Below are positions 37,201 to 44,751 of a DNA stretch of 45,204 nt, piece by piece. Position 1 is the first letter of the stretch. Each line of letters opens with the position of its first letter. The notes under the pieces were generated by a model that was not told where the DNA came from, searched no databases, and saw only the letters and a list, made by a program, of their open reading frames with translations. A program made the translations under genes and the position numbers. Source of the stretch: Escherichia phage vB_EcoS_L-h 1M; sequence record NC_073086.1, one strand, 5' to 3'.

Positions 37201-37652
37201 CATATAGCCTTAAGGCTGGCGTGACGTATAACGGGGCTTACTACGATGCCGGTATGCAGCTTTCAGTTGTTGCGGAAGGTGGCGCGGTTAAATCCCGCAT
37301 CGCGTTCAAGGCGGACCAGTTCTACATCATGCACCCATCTAATGGGTCGCTTTCGTCCGCGTTTATCGTTGACGGCGGTCAGGTGTACATTGACACCGCA
37401 CGCATCAAGAACGCGTCTATCAACTTCGCGCAGATCACGGACACGCTGCAGTCGAATAACTGGAATCCAGGCAACAGTGGCTGGCGTATCGCGAAGGATG
37501 GCGGGGCGGAGTTCAACAACGTAACGGTACGAGGCAACTTGTTCGCTACTACTGGTAACTTCGGATTCTCTGGAGGGTCGGTACAGATCGACGCCACCGG
37601 CATTAACGTGCCATTGCCTGGCGGGGGTAGGGTGAAAGTGGGGACGTGGTAA
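34206..37652 (+). CDS. tail tip / host specificity protein J-like
   Basis: 1148 aa; N-term 'KGGGGKQHTPQETPDSL' and 'YSGDWDGTFKRAWTDNPAWHWYD...RCDQLVSDGNGG' parallel lambda J. Confidence 0.85.
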   Translation: MTIVYDVTGHKGGGGKQHTPQETPDSLHSLAKIRILLALGEGEFEGIPDPNELRRRVYLDGTPIQNADLSENFPGARVEFRPGTQHQDVIHGFSAVESEQSVGVKLENGTPWVRQINDTSLDAVRIRIGNPALYTNEDNGDLVGGRIDYKFVVYTDNADPREFTFAAVGKTMSLYERDHRIELPPNVNTGWRVEVHRITANSTSAKVDNDIQVHSITEIIDARLRYPLTALLFVEFDAKAFQNIPRVSIKCKGRKVLIPNNYDPINHTYSGDWDGTFKRAWTDNPAWHWYDICITERFGLGRRIKPQMLNRYALYQIAQRCDQLVSDGNGGREIRFKNDMYIQSQTDAWTVLKDLAAIFAGMTWWGNQMLNIVSDQPVAAVSHTITNASVIDGRFDYASGSQKTRYSTFAVAYGNPKNHYDDAIATGQRVELVRRHKINRLDITAIGCTRESEAQRRGHWALISNQLDQQVSFKVGMEGLFFIPGSVVAIADTNISGGFETRGGRLLSDPGTRTVLNTDSEITFRPGDKFLVRTDSGNVETREIASVNGNKVTLKTALDADPIPDQPFCVDGDDIQLQKFRITDLEYDDSTSTFSVRGIEYNDSKYDAVDNGARLDPGIFTQVPDGVMKGPESVTITTSQISSQGQLITNVDIVFPPVKDAVVYEIQWRRTSLQNMAIQWGNDWVNIPRTASNGAHIPNVFSGNYQARVRAIGMGEISSPWVSSAITPVEGRLGGLNAPIITSAISGLHQILWKWNHNNAATDISYTELEVRKTGEAEWKFLTNVPYPGAEYAQTSLEFGIYQQLRARVADKIGNLSDWSAPFEGQVSDKVDEYMKGLDDEFLTSEDGKHFQEAIDTIPQGIYESMLTDAQQLINARSEYQGIYAEIKVAYNVATDAHKAVAQLETLIGTRLDDAEASIHTLQTAQSTHEQAFAQYQQTVAAKFGEQEAAIQQVQTATADVAGALAEYKTQVAAQFGQQSAAIEQKMTSSFNHAGGSATYSLKAGVTYNGAYYDAGMQLSVVAEGGAVKSRIAFKADQFYIMHPSNGSLSSAFIVDGGQVYIDTARIKNASINFAQITDTLQSNNWNPGNSGWRIAKDGGAEFNNVTVRGNLFATTGNFGFSGGSVQIDATGINVPLPGGGRVKVGTW

Positions 37653-37678
37653 CCGCCATCCCCGTTACGTTGTACTGA
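37653..37678. repeat. 26-bp exact direct repeat, copy 1 (copy 2 at 38379-38404)
   Basis: CCGCCATCCCCGTTACGTTGTACTGA between J stop and RBP-like stop; identical copy inside RBP-like gene. Confidence 0.7.
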
Positions 37679-38653
37679 TTAATAGATGTTAGGAATTACG
37701 AGTAACGGGGTGGGTACTGCAATGTTTTTACCCGGCATTTGGAATTGCTGCCGTGAATAGTTGCCGATTACCCGGTTTTTGGCGATGCGCACATTACCGC
37801 CTGCCATTCGAATCCCGTTCATTCGAACGTGATTGTAGCCGCCGTTGTTCTCAATGAGCGCGCCGGTATACGAAAGCTGGACCAGGCTATTGCCTATGTA
37901 CTGATCGCCGCCGCCGATATAGATAAGGCGGTCATAAACAAATGGCTTATTCACTGTTGAGAACGTGACCTGACCCTGGTTGTTTGTCATGGTGATGCCG
38001 TTTCCGGGGGTGGGTGGCGTATTGTTGAATATAACCAGGTCCATTTCAACGGCAGCGCCTACGTCGTCAATCCCACCATAGGACGCATTACGGACGATAA
38101 TACTTCCGCCATCGAAGCCGACCGACACGTTTCCGTCGTCCCAGCGCGCGAATGGGACACCGCCTACAGGTAACGGCATACTTCCGTTCACCCACACGCG
38201 CTGCGCATATTGGCAGGTCATTAGCCTGGATACATTTGATATGGCGGTAAAGTCCGTCGAGTTCGCCACCAGTAACCCTGCGTTGCGCGAACCCACCGGC
38301 AACACTTCCATGATCACCCCGCCCCATGTTGGAAGCCCGCTATATGCGCCATATGCGTCTTCACCTCGCAAGGTGATTCCGCCATCCCCGTTACGTTGTA
38401 CTGAGGTGACGTAGAAAGGGTCGGGCAAGACCAGTGTCTGGTCGAATACTTCTATAACTTCAACGGGGCTTGTGAGCGCGACGACCAGATCTGACCCTGG
38501 CGTTAGCTGAGTGTTAATAGTAAGCGTCTTATCAGACTGGCAGCGCTGATAGAATGAGGTACAGAATGACGGAGCGCGAAGTCCGGCTGTTATCTCCATC
38601 ACCGGCCTTCCGTCGTTGTAGTCTATAAGTATTCCAGCGCCCATGATTACCAC
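37679..38653 (-). CDS. putative receptor-binding / tail-tip protein
   Basis: 324 aa, G/N/T/S-rich; co-oriented downstream of Cor-like lipoprotein gene, antisense to J and fiber. Confidence 0.35.
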   Translation of the reverse strand: MVIMGAGILIDYNDGRPVMEITAGLRAPSFCTSFYQRCQSDKTLTINTQLTPGSDLVVALTSPVEVIEVFDQTLVLPDPFYVTSVQRNGDGGITLRGEDAYGAYSGLPTWGGVIMEVLPVGSRNAGLLVANSTDFTAISNVSRLMTCQYAQRVWVNGSMPLPVGGVPFARWDDGNVSVGFDGGSIIVRNASYGGIDDVGAAVEMDLVIFNNTPPTPGNGITMTNNQGQVTFSTVNKPFVYDRLIYIGGGDQYIGNSLVQLSYTGALIENNGGYNHVRMNGIRMAGGNVRIAKNRVIGNYSRQQFQMPGKNIAVPTPLLVIPNIY

Positions 38654-38868
38654 TCCCGAGATTTAACTGATACCGTACCAGAGAAGTTGCCGTCACTATC
38701 CGCGGACAGGCCGGTGAAGCGCATGTCGACCTCCCCGGCAGGGACTTTTTGCCCGTCAACGTAGCGCAACATGCAGCTTCCGTAAGCTACCGTAATGCAA
38801 TCGCCGTTGTTACGCTCTACCGCGCAGCCGGACAGAAGAACCGCACAAATCACAATTAATGTTTTCAT
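38647..38868 (-). CDS. Cor/Llp-like superinfection-exclusion lipoprotein (putative)
   Basis: 73 aa; signal peptide with lipobox 'AVLLSGC'; located beside tail fiber/RBP genes. Confidence 0.5.
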   Translation of the reverse strand: MKTLIVICAVLLSGCAVERNNGDCITVAYGSCMLRYVDGQKVPAGEVDMRFTGLSADSDGNFSGTVSVKSREW

Positions 38869-38948
38869 AGACAGACACCGGCGTTATTCGCGATGAGGCC
38901 AATGCCGCGAAGGCTGAAGCGCAAGCCGCCAGCACTGCCGCGCTTGGA
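38869..38948 (+). repeat. 80-bp direct repeat, copy 1 (copy 2 at 39595-39674, 1 mismatch)
   Basis: fills the whole intergenic gap between lipoprotein and fiber start codons; duplicates an internal fiber segment. Confidence 0.75.
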
Positions 38949-40589
38949 ATGGCAGCGGGTACACTATCCGTAACGAATAACAGCAAGGCGGTTGTCGGGG
39001 TAGGCACGACGTTTACCACGTTTACCGCTGGCGACTTCTTAACTCTGGTGGTGGGGCAAGTGCCTTACACTGTTGCTATCGCGTCCGTCGAAAGCGACAC
39101 CGCGATTACGCTTGTGCTTCCGTTCGACGGCCCCACGGCAACCGGCCTCGCGTGGGATGGCGTTAAGCGCGATACCATGTCGCTGGCAACGATGGGCGTA
39201 ACAGTACAGGCACAGAAAGCGTTGCGCTTGATGATCGCTGACGAAAACAACTGGCGTGCAATCTTCGGAGACGAAGAAGAAGTCACGGTAACGCTGCCGA
39301 ACGGGCAAGTTATGCAAGGTATGTCCTGGGGCTACCTGTCACAATTGATGAATCAGATCGACCCCGTTGAAATGCGCAACCTGCAACAACAAGCCGCGGC
39401 ATCTGAAGCAGCAGCGCAAGGATTTCGCAATGAGGCCGAAGGCTTCAAGACTGAGACGGCGGGGATCCGCGACGCCACCAACCAGATTAAGGCGGATACG
39501 CAGGCTATCCACGACGCCACCAATACCATCAAGACGCAGACGGCCCAGATTAAGACTGACACGCAGGCCATCAAGGGCCAGACGGACCAGATTAAGACAG
39601 ACACCGGCGTTATTCGCGATGAGGCCAATGCCGGGAAGGCTGAAGCGCAAGCCGCCAGCACTGCCGCGCTTGGATATCGGAACGAGGCCGAACAATTCAA
39701 GAATGAGATTGACCCGTCTAACTTTCTGGCAAAGGGTGGCAACCTGGCTGGGTTAACTGACTTGCCCGAGTCGCGGGATAACTTGGGTTTAGGAGCGTTG
39801 GCGACTAAAGATTCGGCGGCGCTAAACTCCACAGATACGACCGGTATTCTGCCCATAGATAAGCGCGGTTTAGGCGCTGGTACCATCCCTGGCGCACGGG
39901 AGACGATGCATATTTATGGTCATGACGCTACGTTCGGGACCATAAATAATATCCTCACATACTTCAACAATATTGCGGGTAACGGCCGACTCTTCTCGTT
40001 TCGAGATGGTGCCGTTGACGCCACGAACACCTACAAATTCGGCTCAGCAATACTGTTTCGCACAGCCGACACCTACGGACTGTTAAGTGTTGACCACAAC
40101 AGCGGAAACGTTAGAGCATCCGGTGGTACAGTTTCTGGTGGGATCGCGGCCACAGCATACATCAACAACCTGTGGGGTACGCGTAACACCACCGTAGACG
40201 GTAACGGGTTTATTAAAACCGCGTCGCCCATCGTCAAGATCTTCAGTGACGGTGCCGCGGAGACTAACGACGAGGCCGAAGGCGTTACGCTGACTCGCAT
40301 ATCTGCGGGGGTGTATGTTGTGGAGGGGTGTCTAGGCCTCAACTCAGACCCATCCTGGGGCGGGCCTGACGGCGGGATTGAGATTCCGACGGACGTGAAC
40401 AAGCAGCCTCGTTTATGGGTTGATTATAAAGTGCGCGCTGACGGCTCTGTGGAGGTACGCACATACCACCGAACACACCCACACGCTCCAGCATTCGCAA
40501 GAAATGAGATAGAAGGTGTGGCGGAAGGGGACCCGGTTGATATACCGCGTGGCACGTTCATATCTGTTCGGGTTAATATGCCTGAGTAA
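38949..40589 (+). CDS. side tail fiber protein
   Basis: 546 aa; fiber-like N-terminus; repeats 'FRNEAEGFKTETAGIRDATNQIKADTQAI...'. Confidence 0.7.
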   Translation: MAAGTLSVTNNSKAVVGVGTTFTTFTAGDFLTLVVGQVPYTVAIASVESDTAITLVLPFDGPTATGLAWDGVKRDTMSLATMGVTVQAQKALRLMIADENNWRAIFGDEEEVTVTLPNGQVMQGMSWGYLSQLMNQIDPVEMRNLQQQAAASEAAAQGFRNEAEGFKTETAGIRDATNQIKADTQAIHDATNTIKTQTAQIKTDTQAIKGQTDQIKTDTGVIRDEANAGKAEAQAASTAALGYRNEAEQFKNEIDPSNFLAKGGNLAGLTDLPESRDNLGLGALATKDSAALNSTDTTGILPIDKRGLGAGTIPGARETMHIYGHDATFGTINNILTYFNNIAGNGRLFSFRDGAVDATNTYKFGSAILFRTADTYGLLSVDHNSGNVRASGGTVSGGIAATAYINNLWGTRNTTVDGNGFIKTASPIVKIFSDGAAETNDEAEGVTLTRISAGVYVVEGCLGLNSDPSWGGPDGGIEIPTDVNKQPRLWVDYKVRADGSVEVRTYHRTHPHAPAFARNEIEGVAEGDPVDIPRGTFISVRVNMPE

Positions 40590-40621
40590 CTTCGCCGGTG
40601 AGCACGACCATAGGCTGGACG

Positions 40622-41197
40622 TTAATTTGAGTTTTCCCAGTCCATTTTGCGCCGCACAAGCGGGCTTTCGTAGTATTCCTTACCTTCCACTTCCACTAAA
40701 TGCCAGTCATTCACAATCACGTATGGCTCTGCTATATCCTCAATCACGCCGTGCGCGCTATGCTGCCCGAACGACACGCCAACCAGAATAACACCGGCAA
40801 CCCGACGGGAAAGATACTCGCGGGCACAACGGGCCTCAACCAGACCGCGACGGATGCCGCTGGTGGCTTTGACCTCATATGTCCAGACGGCATCAATCAT
40901 GTGCTCTTTGTAGTCAGGACCGGATTTTACCTTGCGCTTGCCGACCATGATAATATCGCCTCGGTCGATAGTGTTAGCGCTAAACAGGCCGGTACGCATT
41001 AGCAAACCTTGCGGGATACAGCTACGCCCGCCCGCCTGCCCTTCGAGGTACATTCCCGCAAACATCTCACCCAGCACACCGACAAGGCGGCTTTGCTTGC
41101 ACGCGTCAGACTTTAAGCGCCACTGTTCAAATTCGATGCTGGCTAACATTGCCGCCAGGTGGAATTGTTTACCGGTTATTTCATATTCGCCGTACAT
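40622..41197 (-). CDS. hypothetical protein (possible PD-(D/E)XK-like motif)
   Basis: 191 aa; 'DYKEHMIDAVWTYEVK' weakly resembles D...(D/E)xK. Confidence 0.35.
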   Translation of the reverse strand: MYGEYEITGKQFHLAAMLASIEFEQWRLKSDACKQSRLVGVLGEMFAGMYLEGQAGGRSCIPQGLLMRTGLFSANTIDRGDIIMVGKRKVKSGPDYKEHMIDAVWTYEVKATSGIRRGLVEARCAREYLSRRVAGVILVGVSFGQHSAHGVIEDIAEPYVIVNDWHLVEVEGKEYYESPLVRRKMDWENSN

Positions 41198-41238
41198 GTT
41201 GCATCCCTCATTGATGCGGGCCGAAGCCCGCGATTAAA

Positions 41239-41730
41239 TTATTTAAGTGCGCTGCGTACCAATTTCTTTTCCATGTTACGGAAATCTTCCTGCGTCATGC
41301 AGATTTTCGATCCGTCCTCGCCAGTTAGCAGGACCATAGGCTGCACATCTTGCGCTACAACCCCAAAATCGCGGGCATTCACCGTCTTGCCCGCGGAAGA
41401 ATGCCCGCCTTTTAGGCTGTCGAATTGTGCTGCCGTTGTATCGATCTGAATCTCGTCATGCACGGTCATGTAAGACTCGCCCAGCAGGGCGGCATACGCC
41501 ACCAGATCCACGATGTTATCTTCCTGGTGCTTACGGTGCTGGCGCACCAGCTTCAGGCAGATCAGGAAGGTCCAGGCTTCTTGCTCGGTAAGGTCGCGCC
41601 CGGTAAGCGCGTTAAACACGGCGGCGACCTGTTTAGCGCTGCGTTCTTCTTTCGCGTTGTCATAGCCGTTTTCTTTCCCGCGCTGTTCCATAGTGGTGGC
41701 GGCGTTTTTGCAGTATTCGTATGCTTTCAC
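41239..41730 (-). CDS. hypothetical protein
   Basis: 163 aa; GTG start with AAGGG RBS. Confidence 0.4.
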   Translation of the reverse strand: MKAYEYCKNAATTMEQRGKENGYDNAKEERSAKQVAAVFNALTGRDLTEQEAWTFLICLKLVRQHRKHQEDNIVDLVAYAALLGESYMTVHDEIQIDTTAAQFDSLKGGHSSAGKTVNARDFGVVAQDVQPMVLLTGEDGSKICMTQEDFRNMEKKLVRSALK

Positions 41731-41784
41731 AGTATTACCCTTTTTAGTGAGGGGGCTTTATTGCCCCCGACACGTTTAATATAG

Positions 41785-41806
41785 TGCAACCAACCTATTG
41801 GTTGCA
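41785..41806. promoter_or_regulatory. palindromic operator-like site TGCAACCAA-N3-ATTGGTTGCA
   Basis: inverted half-sites of the recurring motif; overlaps stop codon of 41795..42265. Confidence 0.45.
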
Positions 41807-42265
41807 AGTGAATTTTGCAACGTTTATTGCGTAAATTTTCGGGACCAAATCACCACACGCCCGACGAATTGCCGCGATGTTCTTCTCGCAATCTTCAATG
41901 ATGACCAGTTCCGACACGTCCGCATAGCAGACCATTTTGAACACGGCGCACGCCTTAAACTCTGGCGGCGGGGTGTCGTCCAGCATGTGGCGCATAAACA
42001 ACCGGCCTACCGGGAAGACCTCCAATTGCTCGGCGGTGGTGTCCCAGCATTCTCGCTGCCGGTTGGTCAGATACGCGATCTCGAAGCCTCGCTCTTTGTA
42101 CATGCGCAGCAACGGCAGCATATCCATATTCAGGTCTTCGCGTACGTGCGCCTTGTGCCACTTCGCCCAAAAGGTGGATTTAGTTTTTATACCAGGCACC
42201 AGGTCGGCGCGCGCATCGCTTGAACCGTTAATAACTCCATCCAAATCGCAAATCAGTAATTTCAT
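41795..42265 (-). CDS. HAD-superfamily phosphatase (nucleotidase-like)
   Basis: N-terminal 'MKLLICDLDGVI' HAD motif I. Confidence 0.6.
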   Translation of the reverse strand: MKLLICDLDGVINGSSDARADLVPGIKTKSTFWAKWHKAHVREDLNMDMLPLLRMYKERGFEIAYLTNRQRECWDTTAEQLEVFPVGRLFMRHMLDDTPPPEFKACAVFKMVCYADVSELVIIEDCEKNIAAIRRACGDLVPKIYAINVAKFTCNQ

Positions 42266-42486
42266 TTTAGGCTCTCAATAAGGGTGGCTCGGGCGCTACG
42301 CGCGGTGTAAGAGTTGCACACGAAATGACAACGTCGGGTCATGACAAGCCAACCGGTGAGGTCAAGGCCCAGGATGTATTCGGGGCGAGACGCGCGCACC
42401 ACACGATCGCGGCGTGGGTCGATGTTATAGTCTTTTTGCATTTGGTCTACGACCGCGTGGTCGCGGTCAACGATTAAGATATTCAC
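42262..42486 (-). CDS. hypothetical protein
   Basis: ORF track, GTG start, overlaps neighbours. Confidence 0.3.
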   Translation of the reverse strand: MNILIVDRDHAVVDQMQKDYNIDPRRDRVVRASRPEYILGLDLTGWLVMTRRCHFVCNSYTARSARATLIESLK

Positions 42487-42952
42487 GTAGTTCTCCTTCG
42501 CTCATTATTTCAATTTGTGCGCTGCCGATGGGCGGCGCTTCGTCAAAGATTATCAATTGCTGGCACTTGTTATTGCTCGGCCCGACTTCACCGGTTACAG
42601 CATGTATGAATCGGATCCGCCAGTCCAGAAGAATTATCAGGTTTGCAGTCTTCCGGGCCAGCTTCGCCCACTTAGTCGACGTGTCCTGATTCAGTAGCAT
42701 GACGGTCCGGCGTCCGTGCGCTGCGCACTCGACCCACGGCAGCGGATCGGAATACGGCGGATTGCACCACTTCCACCCTTTCAACTCCGACCAGTCCGCA
42801 TCGAGCGCGCTGTGCTCTGCCGTGAAGTAACGCGGCAGCAGGTGGTTTGCGTCGCTCGCCGCCATATCGTAACGGAATCGGTACTTCCGGCGCAGTGGTT
42901 TAAATAAAGCTGGCGGTGTGCGCCAGCTATCTTTTTGCTCATTCTCCGTCAT
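42467..42952 (-). CDS. dam: DNA N6-adenine methyltransferase (phage Dam family)
   Basis: 'WRTPPALFKPL...FRYDMAASDANHL...WKWCNPPYSDPLPW' matches phage Dam-family motifs incl. NPPY. Confidence 0.75.
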   Translation of the reverse strand: MTENEQKDSWRTPPALFKPLRRKYRFRYDMAASDANHLLPRYFTAEHSALDADWSELKGWKWCNPPYSDPLPWVECAAHGRRTVMLLNQDTSTKWAKLARKTANLIILLDWRIRFIHAVTGEVGPSNNKCQQLIIFDEAPPIGSAQIEIMSEGELREYLNR

Positions 42953-43397
42953 AGTCTGGATCTATCGCATACAGGGCGGTTTTCTTGCCGCTAGACAGCA
43001 CACGTTGGACTCGGGATATCTCCGCCCTACTGAGCGGTCTGCTATCGGAATAGTAGCTGCCGTTTGCACGCCACGCTATACGCACCAGTCCTTCCCGCGG
43101 GATCGAAGACTGGCGGCCTTTGGGGCGCACGTACTCCTCCGCGCGTTTACAATGCTCCCGCAGACCGTCGGCAGTGATGCGGTTTAGCGCCACGCTGGTT
43201 GTGTATCCGGTGCGCTGCATAATACCCATCAACTCATACAGCAGATCGAAGCGCTCCTCTAATTCCTTGCGCGCCTTCTCCTCGCCTTCATAGCTCGCCA
43301 GGTAGGTGTCCGCCAGCGCGTTCGCGCGTTCGGCCTGTTCGCGGGCTTCGAGGCATTGCGCGGCCCAGTAATTTTTTTCTTCTTGTAAAATTTTCAT
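42939..43397 (-). CDS. hypothetical protein (coiled-coil N-terminus)
   Basis: ORF track; ATG 43395-43397 (rc). Confidence 0.4.
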   Translation of the reverse strand: MKILQEEKNYWAAQCLEAREQAERANALADTYLASYEGEEKARKELEERFDLLYELMGIMQRTGYTTSVALNRITADGLREHCKRAEEYVRPKGRQSSIPREGLVRIAWRANGSYYSDSRPLSRAEISRVQRVLSSGKKTALYAIDPDYDGE

Positions 43398-43640
43398 CTA
43401 TTTAGTCTCCGTAGTGCGGATTTCATCGCGTGGAATAAATTTGCCGTCCATCTCCACCCAGCAGACTCCGTATCGCCATTGGGTGTTACGGCCTGTTTGC
43501 TCGGCATACACGGTCTTGCATTCGTAGCGTTCCGTGTAGTAAATAGCCGTCGAAGGTATGCCAATACAACCGGCAATCATGAGGGTGAGTAGCACCCAAA
43601 ATCGAAGGTCGCCGTCGTAGTCGAAAAATAATGATTTCAT
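43398..43640 (-). CDS. small membrane protein
   Basis: ATG 43638-43640 (rc) with GGAGA RBS; hydrophobic 'FWVLLTLMIAGCIGI'; preceded by terminator. Confidence 0.4.
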   Translation of the reverse strand: MKSLFFDYDGDLRFWVLLTLMIAGCIGIPSTAIYYTERYECKTVYAEQTGRNTQWRYGVCWVEMDGKFIPRDEIRTTETK

Positions 43641-43656
43641 CGTGTTGTCTCCGGGT

Positions 43657-43684
43657 ATTAAAAAGGGCGTCCAACCGGACACCC
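43657..43684 (-). terminator. rho-independent terminator
   Basis: 8-bp stem with one G-U pair, loop of 4, T-tract on minus strand; 17 nt before RBS of 43398..43640. Confidence 0.5.
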
Positions 43685-43693
43685 TTAAGATAA

Positions 43694-43720
43694 TGCAACC
43701 AATATGATTATGCAACCAAT
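43694..43720 (-). promoter_or_regulatory. two direct copies of motif (rc ATTGGTTGCA) upstream of terminator and small membrane gene
   Basis: TGCAACCAAT at 43694-43703 and 43711-43720. Confidence 0.4.
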
Positions 43721-44044
43721 TTACGAATAAAAATTTGGGTCGCGCGCTACGTCTACCAGATACAGATTGCTCATGCGGTTGCCGTAGTGCCCTGGTGTGC
43801 GCTGGCGGCACACAACGGCGAAGCCTGGGGGAATTGTATTGCCCGTCTCGATAATCCACGCCACGCGTGCGCCAGACAGCGTCTTGCCGTTGTATTCGAT
43901 GCGCGTGCCACCATCGGCAGTGTTAAGGTTGCCAATCTTACAGCCTGTGGACTTCAGGCGAATGACACCGGTCTTGCTGTCGTAGGAAAAAAGCTGATTG
44001 GTCATTGCCACTGAAAAGTCGATTGCGTCGAATGCAGTATTCAT
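43721..44044 (-). CDS. HNH homing-endonuclease-like protein
   Basis: 'FSYDSKTGVIRLKSTG...NGKTLSGARVAWIIETGNTIPPG...GHYGNRMSNL' resembles HNH_3-type phage endonucleases. Confidence 0.5.
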   Translation of the reverse strand: MNTAFDAIDFSVAMTNQLFSYDSKTGVIRLKSTGCKIGNLNTADGGTRIEYNGKTLSGARVAWIIETGNTIPPGFAVVCRQRTPGHYGNRMSNLYLVDVARDPNFYS

Positions 44045-44751
44045 TTTAAATTTTCCTCGTTAACCGCTATCGCGAAGCCGCGCGGGGTGAGTGAGCGGAT
44101 TAATTTTGTACGAGCGGATTTACCACCGAGGCGACTATACTGCTTCGAGTACCCATTTTCAACGAAAACAGGTTTCTTCTCTGGCATACGGAAGCCGTTG
44201 CCGGTCCATAAGCAGGTCAGCTTCGGATATGAATCGCGGGCGTTGATGTATTCCGGGAATAACGGGTGCACGTCATCCTCCGGCAGATATCCACCATACT
44301 CCCACGGGTTAAACGAGTGGTCCGGCTTGCGCCATTGGGTCGATAGCACGCTGCGCGGATTCTCAATCATATATGGCACTTCGAAGAAGTCCCCCAGGTA
44401 AGCGGCGATCTTCGCGGTGCGCACCGCCTTAAGCTGAAAGGCCGGGTCTTTGGCCCGCTTGCGCGGGAAAGCTGGCGCACCGCTAACTGCCAGATCCGTA
44501 CACAGCGGGAACGCATATATGATATCCGGCGTACCGAAATCGCCATTCATCGCGCGGTCTACAAAGTCCAGATCGATAAACTCATTGCGATATCGGATCC
44601 CGCGACCATAAATCCGGTAGTCTAGGTACGACCCGTGGTCGGCTTCGGAGTAGTTGAAGCAATAACACTTATGCCCCATCTCGGCAGCACGCTCAATCAT
44701 CAAGCCGCTGCCGTCAAACAATGACCAGATTGTCATTTTAGCAATAGTCAT
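44041..44751 (-). CDS. DNA cytosine-5 methyltransferase-like protein (short)
   Basis: motif I-like 'SLFDGSG', motif IV-like 'FPLCTDLAVSG', motif VI-like 'IENP'; 236 aa. Confidence 0.4.
   Translation of the reverse strand: MTIAKMTIWSLFDGSGLMIERAAEMGHKCYCFNYSEADHGSYLDYRIYGRGIRYRNEFIDLDFVDRAMNGDFGTPDIIYAFPLCTDLAVSGAPAFPRKRAKDPAFQLKAVRTAKIAAYLGDFFEVPYMIENPRSVLSTQWRKPDHSFNPWEYGGYLPEDDVHPLFPEYINARDSYPKLTCLWTGNGFRMPEKKPVFVENGYSKQYSRLGGKSARTKLIRSLTPRGFAIAVNEENLK

Noticed and set aside
38869-39674. Diversity-generating retroelement (template/variable repeat pair) at the tail fiber
   Set aside because: No reverse transcriptase ORF anywhere in the window, and the single mismatch between copies is C/G, not adenine-specific.
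40605-41342. 12-15 bp match GACCATAGGCTG at 40605 and 41331
   Set aside because: A 12-mer match is expected by chance many times in a 45-kb sequence.
41747-41766. Hairpin GGGGGC-TTTA-TTGCCCCC as a rho-independent terminator
   Set aside because: It lacks a proper downstream T-tract in either orientation; more likely an RNA-stability or processing hairpin next to the palindromic operator-like site.
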